This document shows positions 27,325 through 38,421 of a DNA stretch of 64,000 bases, piece after piece. Source of the stretch: Nitrospinales bacterium (GTDB lineage Bacteria > Nitrospinota > Nitrospinia > Nitrospinales > VA-1); NCBI GenBank assembly GCA_965262115.1, contig OZ253496.1, forward strand, positions 1,312,001-1,376,000, given 5' to 3'. The number at the start of each line of letters is the position of its first letter. The stretch's first letter is position 1. The translations under genes and the position numbers were made by a program. The notes under the pieces are model-generated. The model was not told the DNA's origin. It saw nothing but the letters and a program-made list of their open reading frames with translations, and did not search any database.

Positions 27325-28410
27325 TCAATTCTCAAGCCGCTTCAGCAGTCGGTGCACTCCCTCATGGACATCTTTCACCGTAATATCTTCAAGACAATAA
27401 GGCTTGTAAAGGGGAGAAGGTTTACACTCTTTAAAAAATTTCTGTTTACAGGGGGAACAGGAAAAATTCCGTGTCACCATTTCCTGCTTTTCCACGGCCA
27501 TATAAGGGCCAGTCGATTCCGGGCTTCCCGGCCCAAAAATTCCCAGGACCGGAACCCCGACCATTGCCGCAAGGTGCATCATTCCACTGTCATTGCCAAT
27601 GAACAGCTGGCTTTTTCGTAACAGTCCTGTCAAAACCCTTAAATTAACCGGAGGAATGATCTTGATCGTTTCTGATTGGCCAAAGTTTCTGATCCGATTC
27701 AGCAATTCCGATTCTTTTTCCGTACCCAAAAGAACCACCCGTTTGCCGTCCTCTTTAATCAGTTTCTGGCACAAGATACCGAATCTCTCGACATGCCAAC
27801 TCCGCTCCACTTGCGACGTCCCCGGATGCAGGGTAAGAAAGTCCTCATCCTCATCCATACCCATACCCAGCAGTACTTCCCGAGTTGTGATATCTCCTTC
27901 CTGTAAAATAAGCGGAGCAAAATCACGGTCGGGAGTATCCAGTTTCAGGGATGAAAGGATTTTAAAATAATATTCAACACGGTATTGTGCTTTTTTTAAA
28001 TGCGCTGTTGTGGCAACAGGATGAGTGAGCAGAATATCCCTTCCCTCAGTGTTATAACCCAATCGGCATCTCGCTCCTGTCAGGCTTAAAAGAAACGCCG
28101 AACCAAAGGAATTGGGAAATACCGCTCCAACATCAAAATTATACTTTCTCAAGTCGCGGACAAAGCTAACTCTTTGCCAAAAACCAATTTCCGGTCCAGA
28201 AGGCAAAGTTAAAACCGTATCAATGGCAGGGTGTCCGAGAAGCAATTCGTTGGAAGGAGATTTTGCGACCACAGAAATGCGGGCCACGGGGTAAGCACGA
28301 CGCAAGGATTGTATTACCGGTAGCGTCAACACCACATCGCCTATCCAGTTGGGCATCCACAACAAAAAACTTTGGATATCCTGACTGTGAAGGAGGCGTG
28401 TCATGTCCAT
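27325..28410 (-). CDS. waaF: Lipopolysaccharide heptosyltransferase II (GT9)
   Basis: PNWIGDVVL, FPNSFGSA, IGNDSGMMHLAA, GIFGP and CSPC motifs. Confidence 0.88.
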   Translation of the reverse strand: MDMTRLLHSQDIQSFLLWMPNWIGDVVLTLPVIQSLRRAYPVARISVVAKSPSNELLLGHPAIDTVLTLPSGPEIGFWQRVSFVRDLRKYNFDVGAVFPNSFGSAFLLSLTGARCRLGYNTEGRDILLTHPVATTAHLKKAQYRVEYYFKILSSLKLDTPDRDFAPLILQEGDITTREVLLGMGMDEDEDFLTLHPGTSQVERSWHVERFGILCQKLIKEDGKRVVLLGTEKESELLNRIRNFGQSETIKIIPPVNLRVLTGLLRKSQLFIGNDSGMMHLAAMVGVPVLGIFGPGSPESTGPYMAVEKQEMVTRNFSCSPCKQKFFKECKPSPLYKPYCLEDITVKDVHEGVHRLLKRLEN

Positions 28411-28434
28411 AACCCCGGCTATTAAGTGGGCGGT

Positions 28435-29688
28435 TTACTTAACTCTTTTTATTCGGGCACCCAGGTTAGAAAGCTTTTTTTCCATGCTCACATATCCGCG
28501 GTCAATATGGTAAACACGTGAAATGACAGACTGGCCTTTGGCCGCCAGAGCCGCCAGCACCAGTGAAGCACTGGCTCTAAGATCGGTAGCCATCAAAGGA
28601 GCACCCGAAAGGTTTTGCACCCCATTGATGATCGCTGTATGCCCATCCAGCGTAATATCAGCTCCCATCCTTTTTAATTCCGCAACATGCATAAACCGAT
28701 TCTCGAATACGGTCTCCATGATAATACTCTGTCCGCGCGACAAAGTCATCAACGCCATGAACTGGGCCTGTATGTCAGTAGGGAATCCCGGAAAAGGATG
28801 AGTCCTGGCATTGACGGCAGTCAAGGGGCGACCACCCCGGACTCGAATCGAGGAGCCATCGACTTCCACATCAACCTGAGCCTCCTGAAGTTTGAGGGTG
28901 ATGGGTTCCACATGTTGTGGAATACAATTCTCAATCAATACTTCTCCCCGGGTGATAGCGGCCGCGATCATGTAAGTACCGGCCTCAATGCGATCAGGAA
29001 AAATTTGGCACTCGATCGGCTTTAACGATGAGACCCCTTGAATGGTGATCATATCGTTGCCTTGACCCTCAATTTTTGCTCCGGCCTGATTCAAAATATC
29101 CGCAAGGAATACAACCTCGGGCTCCTTGGCCGCATTTTCCAGAATGGTTTCCCCTCCCGCTAGAGATGCCGCCATCATCAGGTTCGCGGTACCCGTTACC
29201 GAAACCGTATCAAAATAGAATTGAGTGCCCTTAAGACCATCGACGGCTCCGTGCACATAACCTTGTTCCAGCCAGACCTTCGCCCCCATTGCTTCCAATC
29301 CTTTAATATGGAGATCAATAGGTCGTGCTCCTATGGCACACCCGCCGGGCAGGGAAACCCGGGCCCGGCCTAACTTGGCCAACAAGGGTCCCAGAACCAG
29401 ACAGGAAGCGCGCATCGTAGAAACCAGATCATAGGGTGCTTCCGGGTTGTCTGCGGCAGACGTGTCCAAAACAATTTTTTCACCGCGATTGCTTTCAACC
29501 TCTGCTCCCAAATCTTTAAGAAGCTGAATCATGGTGGCCACATCGCTAACTTTTGGAACCCCTTCAATAACATTCCGCCCGCGGGTCAGAAGCGTTGCCG
29601 CCAGTACAGGAAGAACCGCGTTCTTGGCTCCGCTGATCTTAACAGTGCCCTCTAAAGGCCGACCGCCCTCTATAACAATCTTATCCAT
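28435..29688 (-). CDS. murA: UDP-N-acetylglucosamine 1-carboxyvinyltransferase
   Basis: SGAKNAVLP, LPGGCAIGARPIDLH, DLRASA and HIDRGY motifs. Confidence 0.97.
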   Translation of the reverse strand: MDKIVIEGGRPLEGTVKISGAKNAVLPVLAATLLTRGRNVIEGVPKVSDVATMIQLLKDLGAEVESNRGEKIVLDTSAADNPEAPYDLVSTMRASCLVLGPLLAKLGRARVSLPGGCAIGARPIDLHIKGLEAMGAKVWLEQGYVHGAVDGLKGTQFYFDTVSVTGTANLMMAASLAGGETILENAAKEPEVVFLADILNQAGAKIEGQGNDMITIQGVSSLKPIECQIFPDRIEAGTYMIAAAITRGEVLIENCIPQHVEPITLKLQEAQVDVEVDGSSIRVRGGRPLTAVNARTHPFPGFPTDIQAQFMALMTLSRGQSIIMETVFENRFMHVAELKRMGADITLDGHTAIINGVQNLSGAPLMATDLRASASLVLAALAAKGQSVISRVYHIDRGYVSMEKKLSNLGARIKRVK

Positions 29689-30547
29689 TCAGAGTCCTCG
29701 CCAACACCACTCTGTCATAACCGGAGTAATCCTGAACCACCTGAATGTCCTGATAGCTGCCTTCCATTAAAGCGACCACGACTGCGGCTTGGGTGTGCCC
29801 GACCTCCAATGCCAGCAAACCATTTTCTTCCAGTTTTTCCCATGCCATCGGAACGATGAAGCGGTAATAGTCCAAACCATCTCTGCCTCCATCCAAAGCC
29901 TCGATCGGTTCAAATTGCCGAACCTCGGGCATACACTTTGACACGTTTTCCGATTCAATATAGGGAGGGTTGGAAACAATAAGGTGATACGGCCCTTGCC
30001 AGTCGACCTTCATAAGATCACCGGATACAAAGCGGACCTGATCTACCACAGCATGCCGCAAGGCATTTTTCCTGGCGACCTGTAAGTCCGACTTTTCAAT
30101 CGCCGTGATTTGGCTTTGGGGAATTTCTTTTGCTAAAACAATCGCGAGAATTCCTGACCCGGTACCAAGATCCAAAATTTTAACCGGTGATGTTTTCGAA
30201 AATGCTTTCAAACATTGTTCAACCAGGATTTCTGTTTCCGGCCGGGGTGTCAGAACTTTTTCATTCACTGCAAACTCGAGCGACCAGAATTCTTGAACTC
30301 CAGTAATGTGAGAAACCGGCTCGCGCAGAACTCTTCTCTCGATTCTTGAACAAAAATTTTTCGCCTCGATGCGGTTCAATATCCGTTCAGGATACGTCAT
30401 CAATTCCGTTCGCGAGATATCAAGGCTCTGTGCCATCAAGACTTCGGCATCCAACCAGGGCGATGCCACCCCTGAAAGTTTGCGCTGAGCCCAAGCGAGA
30501 AAAGAGATGAGGGTTTGGTCCATTTTTATCTCCTCAAGAACCTCCAC
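29681..30547 (-). CDS. prmC: Release factor glutamine methyltransferase
   Basis: PRPETE, LDLGTGSG, SNPPYI and ALDGGRDGL motifs; follows prfA. Confidence 0.95.
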   Translation of the reverse strand: MEVLEEIKMDQTLISFLAWAQRKLSGVASPWLDAEVLMAQSLDISRTELMTYPERILNRIEAKNFCSRIERRVLREPVSHITGVQEFWSLEFAVNEKVLTPRPETEILVEQCLKAFSKTSPVKILDLGTGSGILAIVLAKEIPQSQITAIEKSDLQVARKNALRHAVVDQVRFVSGDLMKVDWQGPYHLIVSNPPYIESENVSKCMPEVRQFEPIEALDGGRDGLDYYRFIVPMAWEKLEENGLLALEVGHTQAAVVVALMEGSYQDIQVVQDYSGYDRVVLARTLNG

Positions 30548-30548
30548 C

Positions 30549-31613
30549 TTATTCTCCTTTCAGAGCTTGCGTCTGGAAGTGAAGCGTTAACGCATCAAGA
30601 ATCTCAACGAGGTCTCCCTCCATCACTAAAGACAGCTTATGCAGGGTTAGACCGATTCTATGGTCGGTCACTCGCTCCTGAGGGTAATTATAGGTGCGAA
30701 TGCGTCCACTACGGTCACCGGTACCCACCTGCTGCTTGCGGTCACTGGCCATGGATTCCTGCTGCTTTCTTTGTTCCTCATCATATAACCGGGCTCTTAA
30801 AACTTTCATGGCTTTTTCCCGGTTCTTATGTTGTGATTTTTCATCCTGACAGGTCACTATCATTCCGGTAGGGATGTAAGTCAAGCGGACCGCCGAATCT
30901 GTCGTGTTGACACTCTGTCCACCCGGCCCGGATGAACGGTAGACATCGATTTTTATATCCGCCGGATTAATTTTGATATCCACGTCCTCCACCTCTGGCA
31001 AAACCGCAACTGTCACCGCAGAGGTATGAATGCGTCCCTGACTTTCTGTATCCGGAACCCGTTGCACCCGATGAGTGCCTCCTTCATATTTCAGTTTGCT
31101 ATAAACCCCTTTTCCCGAAATGCTGAAAATGATTTCTTTGAATCCGCCTTTGCCAGTCAGGCTGGAACTTAAAATTTCCACCGGCCATTTTTTCTCCTCG
31201 GCGTATCTCGAATACATGCGGAACAAGTCGTTTGAAAAAAGTGCCGCCTCTTCGCCCCCTGTACCGGCACGAATCTCCACGATAACGTTGCGTTCATCGC
31301 GGGGATCTTTAGGAAGCAAAAGAATTTTTAGATCCTCTACCGCTTTCTGCTTTTGAGTCTCCAGATCAGCCATGTCTTCCTGGGCCATTTCCATCAACTC
31401 CGGATCTTGCTCTTCATCCAGGATTTTTTTACTCTCTTCCAACTGTCGGCTGATCTTCTGCCACTCTTGAAACCGGTGGACGATGGGACTCAGTTCAGAT
31501 TGCTCCCGGGCATACTTCTGGAACTCGGACTGCTGGGAAATGATTTTGGGATCACTGAGCAACTGGTTAAGATCGTTAGAACGTTTCTCAACCGATTTCA
31601 ACTTATCAAACAT
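30549..31613 (-). CDS. prfA: Peptide chain release factor 1
   Basis: [17 protein letters not shown] (PxT) and GPGGQSVN motifs. Confidence 0.97.
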   Translation of the reverse strand: MFDKLKSVEKRSNDLNQLLSDPKIISQQSEFQKYAREQSELSPIVHRFQEWQKISRQLEESKKILDEEQDPELMEMAQEDMADLETQKQKAVEDLKILLLPKDPRDERNVIVEIRAGTGGEEAALFSNDLFRMYSRYAEEKKWPVEILSSSLTGKGGFKEIIFSISGKGVYSKLKYEGGTHRVQRVPDTESQGRIHTSAVTVAVLPEVEDVDIKINPADIKIDVYRSSGPGGQSVNTTDSAVRLTYIPTGMIVTCQDEKSQHKNREKAMKVLRARLYDEEQRKQQESMASDRKQQVGTGDRSGRIRTYNYPQERVTDHRIGLTLHKLSLVMEGDLVEILDALTLHFQTQALKGE

Positions 31614-31672
31614 GGGTGGTTTCTAGAAAATCCCGGGAGGGATCCGGAGAAGGAAAAAGAAGACAAACGCGC

Positions 31673-31909
31673 TTATTGGTGACTGGGTGATTCTTGGTTG
31701 CCGGCAGGCTTCGCCTTGGCGTATTTGCGTTTGAATTTTTCAATGCGACCAGCAGTATCCATGAGCTTCTGTTTTCCCGTGAAAAAGGGATGACATGTGG
31801 AACAAATCTCCACATGAAGGTCTTTCAGAGTTGTACGGGTCTGCACATCGCTTCCACATGCACACCGCACCAAGGTCTCATAATATTCAGGATGAATACT
31901 GTCTTTCAT
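31673..31909 (-). CDS. rpmE: 50S ribosomal protein L31 (zinc type)
   Basis: IHPEY...CACG...[10 protein letters not shown]. Confidence 0.96.
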   Translation of the reverse strand: MKDSIHPEYYETLVRCACGSDVQTRTTLKDLHVEICSTCHPFFTGKQKLMDTAGRIEKFKRKYAKAKPAGNQESPSHQ

Positions 31910-31919
31910 TATCTCACCG

Positions 31920-33179
31920 TCAGGAGTTCATAGTCGCCATAAATTCGGCATTGGTTTTGGTTTCTTTAATCTTCTGTAAGAGAAGATCCATCGTATCATG
32001 GATGCCCATAGGGAGCAAAACTTTTCTCAATAACCAGACACGCTGGAGGTCTTCTTCGGGCAACAGAAGCTCTTCTTTTCGGGTTCCAGAGCGGTTGATA
32101 TCGATCGAAGGAAAGGTTCTCTTGTCTGCCAGTTTGCGATCGAGAACAATTTCCAGGTTACCCGTTCCTTTAAATTCTTCGAAAATAACGTCGTCCATGC
32201 GGCTTCCCGTGTCAATAAGCGCTGTAGCGATGATGGTCAGGCTTCCGCCTTCCTCCAGATTTCGGGCCGCACCAAAAAATCGCTTGGGCCTCTGCAGGGC
32301 ATTGGAATCCACACCACCCGACAAGACCTTGCCGCTGGGAGGAACAATGGCGTTGTAAGCTCGTGCCAAACGGGTGATGCTGTCAAGCAGAATGACCACA
32401 TCTCGCTTGTGCTCTACGAGCCGTTTGGCTTTTTCAATGACCATTTCAGCAACCTGCACATGCCTTTGCGCCGGCTCGTCAAAAGTGGAACTGATGACCT
32501 CGCCCTTAACGGAACGTTCCATATCAGTCACTTCTTCCGGACGCTCGTCAATGAGCAAAACAATCAATGCGATTTCCGGGAAATTGGTACTGATGCTGTT
32601 GGCAATGGACTGCAGCAACATGGTTTTTCCGGTTCTCGGAGGGGCCACGATCAACCCGCGCTGGCCCTTGCCGATGGGGGTCATCAGGTCCATGACCCGG
32701 GCACTATAGTCTTTGCCACCTGGCGTCTCCAGCCGGATCCGCTCTTCGGGATACAACGGCGTCAGGTTGTCGAATAAAATTTTGTCCTTGGTCCTATCCG
32801 GATTCTCAAAGTTGATCGCCTCCACCTTCAACAGGGCGAAATAACGCTCGCTGTCTTTGGGCGGACGAATCTGCCCGGAAATGGTATCACCGGTACGCAT
32901 ATCAAATTTGCGAATCTGCGAGGGCGACACATAAATATCATCAGGACCCGGAAGATAGTTGTAAGTCGGCGCCCGCAGGAAACCAAACCCATCGGGGAGA
33001 ATTTCCAGCACCCCCTGTCCAAACATCAGACCATCCTTTTCAGTCTTGGCTTCCAGAATCCTGAAAATCAGGTCCTGTTTTCTAAGCCCGCTATGGCCCT
33101 GAATCTTCAGATCCTTGGCGATATTGGTGAGTTCGGATATGGTTTTAGACTTGAGTTCTTCTATGTTCATCTGGGTCAT
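31920..33179 (-). CDS. rho: Transcription termination factor Rho
   Basis: [31 protein letters not shown] and SGTRKEELL motifs. Confidence 0.98.
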   Translation of the reverse strand: MTQMNIEELKSKTISELTNIAKDLKIQGHSGLRKQDLIFRILEAKTEKDGLMFGQGVLEILPDGFGFLRAPTYNYLPGPDDIYVSPSQIRKFDMRTGDTISGQIRPPKDSERYFALLKVEAINFENPDRTKDKILFDNLTPLYPEERIRLETPGGKDYSARVMDLMTPIGKGQRGLIVAPPRTGKTMLLQSIANSISTNFPEIALIVLLIDERPEEVTDMERSVKGEVISSTFDEPAQRHVQVAEMVIEKAKRLVEHKRDVVILLDSITRLARAYNAIVPPSGKVLSGGVDSNALQRPKRFFGAARNLEEGGSLTIIATALIDTGSRMDDVIFEEFKGTGNLEIVLDRKLADKRTFPSIDINRSGTRKEELLLPEEDLQRVWLLRKVLLPMGIHDTMDLLLQKIKETKTNAEFMATMNS

Positions 33180-33404
33180 GGTTTGTGGCTTCGTTGAGGG
33201 AGATTAGGAATGCTTGTCTCGTAAATAGTTACGCCCTTGGAATGATGCTCAGGTTCAAAGACGGGGAAGATTCAATAATAGTTGGGTGTTTTATAAGATT
33301 GCAGAGTTTGTTCTATGATTAACGGCGAAAGCACGAAAAAATTTAGCTGGATAATTAATTGGTTTTATCAGGGATTTTGTCTTGGGAGCTTTCGGGGCTT
33401 ATCC

Positions 33405-33433
33405 ACTGTATCCAGTTCTCTACTTTTTGTCAA
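33405..33433 (-). promoter_or_regulatory. Sigma70-type promoter upstream of rho
   Basis: Minus strand reads TTGACA-17 nt-TACAGT, about 220 nt upstream of the rho start. Confidence 0.65.
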
Positions 33434-33689
33434 CTTCTTTTATCCGCAAATTTCTATCCCCTCGGGGCGACCCATATTGCGGACTTCCAGCCCTTCCAAA
33501 ACGCAAGTCAGATATTAGCAAACCTGATCGAGGTGGCATGGGAGGTCCAAACAAAGCAGCTGACTGGGGTTTTTACTACCCTATATTTTCGTTTTTTATT
33601 CGTCTTGCATGTCCGCTAACAATTATTCCTATATGGCTAGCGCCACCATGCCAGGCTCAGTGGGTAATAGCCTCTTAAAAAATTATCCA

Positions 33690-34050
33690 ATGCCTGAATC
33701 ATCAAAATCATTGCTTATATCTTCAAAAGAGTTTGAACCGGCTTACATGAAATTGTTCCGTACCGGCGAGTTGTACCGCCGGTCCCGGCAGGCTCTGCGC
33801 CATCTGGAAAACTGCAAGGTGTGTCCGAGAGATTGCGAAGTCAATCGCCTTGAAGATATCGATACGGGTGTCTGGGGAGATTTTCCGGGTCAGATAGGCC
33901 ATGCTCCGTATCCTCCCTTTCCCCGAAATAGTGAGCGAGAAAAAATATGGCGAGATCAACCGTCGCCCCACTTCCAGCGAGATAGTCACTGCCAAGACCA
34001 CCGCCTGCCAAAAAGGCCTGCACCGCTTCGACCAGCGCTCGCCAGCATGA
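33690..34050 (+). pseudogene. Internally deleted and rearranged PflX-like (PFL-activating-family) radical SAM gene
   Basis: N-terminal piece EPAYMKL...CKVCPRDCEVNRL and C-terminal piece VSEKKYGEINRRP...GLHRFDQR* (33931-34050); core missing. Confidence 0.7.
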
Positions 34051-34353
34051 CGCTGGCCGGGCCTCGCCGGGTGGAAGCCTTTAAACCGCTGCCAACCATT
34101 CATCTCGGCTTGATGAACCATTGCCTTGCCTCCCCTGCTAAGCGGTGTAGCCACCGCTTGGAAATTGCAATGGCCCTTTACTGCTAGCAGCCCCGCGTTC
34201 TCGGCTCAACAGCCTATTGCTGTCTGCCCTCACGGCGAGTGATGGGTTGACTCTGCGGAGTCAACAAGGCAAAATAGCCGTTGATAGAATCTCCCTGAAA
34301 ACCGGATTCACTTCTCTCCAAAAATTTATTCTTAACCCAGTAAGGATGTATTC

Positions 34354-34773
34354 ATGGCAAACAAGACAAAGAGCAAACGAGACGACACCAGCCAGTGCGA
34401 AAAATGCCTTCCGGCTTATTGTTGTAATTATTTTGCGTTTGGAATTGATGAACCTGAGGACCGGCGTGAGTATGAAAGTTTATTGTGGAAGCTCGCGCAC
34501 GAAAATGTTTCTATTTATATCTATCGAAAAGACTGGTACATCATGATCCACAACCGCTGCAATTTTTTAATGCCGGATAACAAGTGCGCTATCTACGAGC
34601 ACCGGCCTTATATGTGCCGCGAACACAGTACGGAATCATGCGAATACACTGGCGACGATTACGGCTTCACCGAGCACTTCAAGAGTTATGACGACCTTTT
34701 GATTTATATCAAGGAAAATACCAACTTCAGGTTTAAGCAGGGACCCACAGGAGTGCCGCCAAACTGCTTGTAA
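34354..34773 (+). CDS. YkgJ family cysteine-cluster protein
   Basis: CEKC...CC...RCNFL...CAIYEHRPYMCR. Confidence 0.88.
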   Translation: MANKTKSKRDDTSQCEKCLPAYCCNYFAFGIDEPEDRREYESLLWKLAHENVSIYIYRKDWYIMIHNRCNFLMPDNKCAIYEHRPYMCREHSTESCEYTGDDYGFTEHFKSYDDLLIYIKENTNFRFKQGPTGVPPNCL

Positions 34774-34970
34774 TCAGCTGACGTTGTCCGGGCCTCGCCC
34801 GGGGTGGAAGCCTTCTACTGCGGGCAATCGTGGGGGGTCAGCCACCGCGGGCAGGTTGCAATGTGTTGATCTTACCCCTTCTACCCGTTCCGGGCATAAA
34901 GTCAGTGGAGAAATATCACAGGCTCATGAAATTTATGGAAGGGATATCACAGCCCGGCGCCAAGTGGGGA

Positions 34971-35477
34971 TTACTTCTTTTCTTTGGGCTTGTCTTTTTT
35001 AGCGGTTGCTTTTTTGGCCGTTCCTTTTTTGGGTTCGGCTTTCTTTTTATCCGTCACTTTTGGTTGGGTGTCTTTCGCTGCTTTTTTCGGCGCGGCTTTG
35101 GCAGGAGGCTTTACCTCGCCTTCGCGGTCTACCAGCTCGATAAAGGCCATGGGCGCATCATCTCCCTTGCGGTGACCGATACGAATGATCCGGGTATATC
35201 CACCGGGCCGATTAGCATAACGCTCCGCCAGGGGACCAAACACCTTATGCACTGCACCTTTAGCAGGAACCAGCTTGAAAGCCTGGCGACGAGCGTGAAG
35301 CGTACCTCTTTTGCCCAGCGTGATTGTTTTTTCCACCTTGCCCCGCAGTTCTTTAGCTTTCGCCAAAGTGGTGCTGATGCGCTCTCTTTGAATAAGAGCC
35401 CCAACAAGGTTTCTGAACAATGCTTTTCGATGAGCAGAGGTTCGTCCGAATTTTCTACCTGCTTTTAAATGCCGCAT
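34971..35477 (-). CDS. rplQ: 50S ribosomal protein L17 with Lys/Ala-rich C-terminal extension
   Basis: [12 protein letters not shown]...RPGGYTRI...GDDAPMA. Confidence 0.97.
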   Translation of the reverse strand: MRHLKAGRKFGRTSAHRKALFRNLVGALIQRERISTTLAKAKELRGKVEKTITLGKRGTLHARRQAFKLVPAKGAVHKVFGPLAERYANRPGGYTRIIRIGHRKGDDAPMAFIELVDREGEVKPPAKAAPKKAAKDTQPKVTDKKKAEPKKGTAKKATAKKDKPKEKK

Positions 35478-35519
35478 GGTTGTTTATCACTCCTGTTATG
35501 ACTTCAACGAGCAGGACTG

Positions 35520-36548
35520 CTACAGCTCGATTTCGGTATCTATTTCTTTTTTCTTCTGGGCTTGAAGGATCTGTTTGAGATCCTCTTCATCGACTTTCAT
35601 TCCCAAATGAAGTCCCATGTCCTCTAAGATTTCCTTGATCTCATTCAGCGATTTACGGCCGAAGTTTCTAGTTTTCAGCATTTCACTATCAGTTTTTTGT
35701 ACCAGTTCGGCAATAGTCTGGATGTTGGCATTTTTAAGACAATTGTAGGAGCGCACCGATAGCTCGAGCTCTTCCACACATTTGGCCATATTGGTCAGCA
35801 CCTTCTGTTTTTTCTCATCCACCTGGGGTTGTACCGGTTCCGGCTCTTCATCAAAATTGATAAAAATCTGCATGTGCTCTTTAACAATCTTGGCGGCATG
35901 TGCCACCGCATCTTCAGGTGTGATGCCTCCATTGGTCCACAATTCCATGACCATAGAATCATAATCTGTCGATTGCCCGACCCGGGTATTCTCGATATGA
36001 TAGGTGATCTTTTCGATCGGGGAAAAACTGGAATCCACAGGGATCATCTGCACCGATTCATTTTCAATGTTGTGCCGGTCGGCAGGAACATAGCCCCGAC
36101 CTTTTCTCACAATAATCTCCATTTCCACCTCACCGTTTTGGTCGATGGTGAGAATGGGAAGATCGGGATTCAGCACCTCCACATCCGGGTCAGCCGTGAT
36201 ATCTTTGGCACAAATGGTGCCCGATTTCGAGGCTTTGATATAAACCCGTTTAGAGTCCGCTTCACCGGTCAGCTTGAGGTTGACCTGTTTAAGGTTGAGG
36301 ACAATTTCCGTAACATCTTCAACCACACCTGGAATGGAGGAAAACTCGTGAAAGATTCCCTCAAACTTTACGGCCACAATGGCGGCCCCTTCAATGGATG
36401 ACAACAGCATCCTTCTTAGAGAGTTGCCAATGGTCACTCCATATCCGCGTTCGAAAGGACCCGCGCTGAGTTTACCGTAGTATTCCGACTTATTTTTCTT
36501 ATCAAATTCTAATCGCTTGGGTTTAACGATTCCCTGGGCTGTGAACAT
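35520..36548 (-). CDS. rpoA: RNA polymerase alpha subunit
   Basis: [27 protein letters not shown] and NFGRKSL motifs. Confidence 0.98.
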   Translation of the reverse strand: MFTAQGIVKPKRLEFDKKNKSEYYGKLSAGPFERGYGVTIGNSLRRMLLSSIEGAAIVAVKFEGIFHEFSSIPGVVEDVTEIVLNLKQVNLKLTGEADSKRVYIKASKSGTICAKDITADPDVEVLNPDLPILTIDQNGEVEMEIIVRKGRGYVPADRHNIENESVQMIPVDSSFSPIEKITYHIENTRVGQSTDYDSMVMELWTNGGITPEDAVAHAAKIVKEHMQIFINFDEEPEPVQPQVDEKKQKVLTNMAKCVEELELSVRSYNCLKNANIQTIAELVQKTDSEMLKTRNFGRKSLNEIKEILEDMGLHLGMKVDEEDLKQILQAQKKKEIDTEIEL

Positions 36549-36622
36549 GAATCCTCCGACCTCTTGATTGGGGTCTTAAACAGTTTTTAATTAGTTTCTT
36601 GTGATGTGGATCAAGTCCAGTT

Positions 36623-37249
36623 TTAGCGTGAGTAGAGTTCGACGATCAACTGCTCCTCAATCGGCATAGTTACATGCTCTCTTGCAGGCAAGGCCTGGAC
36701 AACACCCTGCTTGCTATCCGCATCAAACGATAGCCAATCCGGCAGGGGTTTTTCCTTAATATTCTCAATCGCTTTTTTAACCGGCGCTTTTTTCACCTTA
36801 TTGGGATTCAGAGCTATCGTATCTCCCTGCCCAAGAGCATAGGAGGGGATATTCATCTTTTTCCCATTAACGGTAAAGTGGCCGTGGCTAACCAACTGGC
36901 GGGCTGTACTCCTGGATGAGGCCAGTCCCATCCTATAAATAACATTATCCATCCGCAACTCTAAATTTTGCAGAAGGTTTTCACCGGTGACACCTTTTTT
37001 CTTATCTGCCGCAAAAAAGTAATTACGAAATTGCTTTTCCAGTACGCCGTAAATCCGCTTTACTTTTTGCTTTTCACGAAGCTGCACCCCATATTCCGAG
37101 AACTTCTTCCTGCCTTGGCCATGCTGGCCTGGCGGGTACGGTCTTTTTTCTATAGCGCATTTTGCCGTCTCGCAACGGGAACCTTTTAAATATAATTTTA
37201 TGCCTTCTCGCCGACAAAGTCGGCAAACAGAACCTGTATACCTGGCCAA
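36623..37249 (-). CDS. rpsD: 30S ribosomal protein S4
   Basis: [16 protein letters not shown]...PPGQHG...IVELYSR. Confidence 0.98.
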   Translation of the reverse strand: MARYTGSVCRLCRREGIKLYLKGSRCETAKCAIEKRPYPPGQHGQGRKKFSEYGVQLREKQKVKRIYGVLEKQFRNYFFAADKKKGVTGENLLQNLELRMDNVIYRMGLASSRSTARQLVSHGHFTVNGKKMNIPSYALGQGDTIALNPNKVKKAPVKKAIENIKEKPLPDWLSFDADSKQGVVQALPAREHVTMPIEEQLIVELYSR

Positions 37250-37278
37250 ATTCAGCTTCTCCTTTCGGTTTTGCGCAA

Positions 37279-37668
37279 TTAAACCCTACGGCGTTTTCTT
37301 GGGCGGCAACCATTGTGCGGAATCGGGGTCTTGTCACGAATAACAAGAACTTCCATTCCCGCAGCCTGCAAAGATCGTATTGCGGACTCTCGTCCCGATC
37401 CAGGGCCTTTAACATGGACCTCCAGTTTTTTCATTCCCATATCCCGTGCTTTGACAGCGGCTTTGTCGGCCGCCACCTGTGCTGCAAACGGGGTACTTTT
37501 TCTTGAGCCTTTAAAGCCCTGAGCACCAGCGCTGGACCAGGACACCACATTCCCGGACATGTCGGAAATGGTGACAATAGTATTATTGAACGTGGCCTGA
37601 ATATGGGCCACCCCTACTTCCGGCACCGTCTTTTGCCTTTTTTTACCGCTTTTTGCTTTTTTATCCAT
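37279..37668 (-). CDS. rpsK: 30S ribosomal protein S11
   Basis: [17 protein letters not shown] and PHNGCRP motifs. Confidence 0.98.
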   Translation of the reverse strand: MDKKAKSGKKRQKTVPEVGVAHIQATFNNTIVTISDMSGNVVSWSSAGAQGFKGSRKSTPFAAQVAADKAAVKARDMGMKKLEVHVKGPGSGRESAIRSLQAAGMEVLVIRDKTPIPHNGCRPRKRRRV

Positions 37669-37680
37669 TAATCTTTATCC

Positions 37681-38052
37681 TTATTTTTTTGCTCGTGCGC
37701 CCACAGTTTTCTTGGGGCCTTTTCGGGTTCTGCCGTTGGTGTGCGTTCTTTGCCCTCTGACCGGCAACCATTTACGATGGCGAAGCCCTCTATAGGCACC
37801 TATGTCCATCAAACGTTTAATGTTCATGCTGACATTGCGTCTCAAGTCACCTTCTACTTCGTAATCTTTATCGATAACACTACGGATTCGGGTCACCTCT
37901 TCTTCGGTCAGGTCCTTCATTCTGATTTCTTCCCCAACCTGGGCTTTTTTCAGGATATCCCGGGAAATATTTGGCCCCACTCCATATATGTAGGTCAGGG
38001 CGATTCTTGCCTGTTTATCCTTGGGAATATCTACACCCGCTATTCTTGCCAC
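37681..38052 (-). CDS. rpsM: 30S ribosomal protein S13
   Basis: [10 protein letters not shown]...YRGLRH...PVRGQRT. Confidence 0.97.
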   Translation of the reverse strand: MARIAGVDIPKDKQARIALTYIYGVGPNISRDILKKAQVGEEIRMKDLTEEEVTRIRSVIDKDYEVEGDLRRNVSMNIKRLMDIGAYRGLRHRKWLPVRGQRTHTNGRTRKGPKKTVGARAKK

Positions 38053-38070
38053 TGCTTCTCCTTTAGGAAA

Positions 38071-38184
38071 TTAACCCTGTCGTTGCTTATGCTTCGGGTT
38101 CTCACAAATAACCCGCACAACTCCACGACGGCGGATGACTTTGCATTTTATACAAATTGGCTTGACCGATGCCCTGACTTTCAT
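38071..38184 (-). CDS. rpmJ: 50S ribosomal protein L36 (absent from ORF track)
   Basis: [37 protein letters not shown]. Confidence 0.97.
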   Translation of the reverse strand: MKVRASVKPICIKCKVIRRRGVVRVICENPKHKQRQG

Positions 38185-38199
38185 GGTTCCATCCTCTTT

Positions 38200-38418
38200 T
38201 TATTTATACCGATAGGTGATCCGTCCCCGGGTCAAATCATAAGGAGAAAGTTGCACCTTCACCTTATCTCCGGACAGGATACGGATAAAATGCATCCGCA
38301 TTTTCCCGGATATATGGGCCAGCACCTTATGGCCGTTATCCAACTCCACCCGAAACATCGCGTTCGGCAATGGTTCAAGTATGGTGCCTTCTACTTCTAT
38401 AGATTCTTCTTTAGACAT
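38200..38418 (-). CDS. infA: Translation initiation factor IF-1
   Basis: [10 protein letters not shown]...HISGKMR...PYDLTRGRI. Confidence 0.98.
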   Translation of the reverse strand: MSKEESIEVEGTILEPLPNAMFRVELDNGHKVLAHISGKMRMHFIRILSGDKVKVQLSPYDLTRGRITYRYK

Positions 38419-38421
38419 CCG

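Noticed and set aside
33609..34187. 192-aa ORF as an intact protein
   Set aside because: It is a read-through of the rearranged PflX-like fragments; the genuine C-terminal piece is in another frame.
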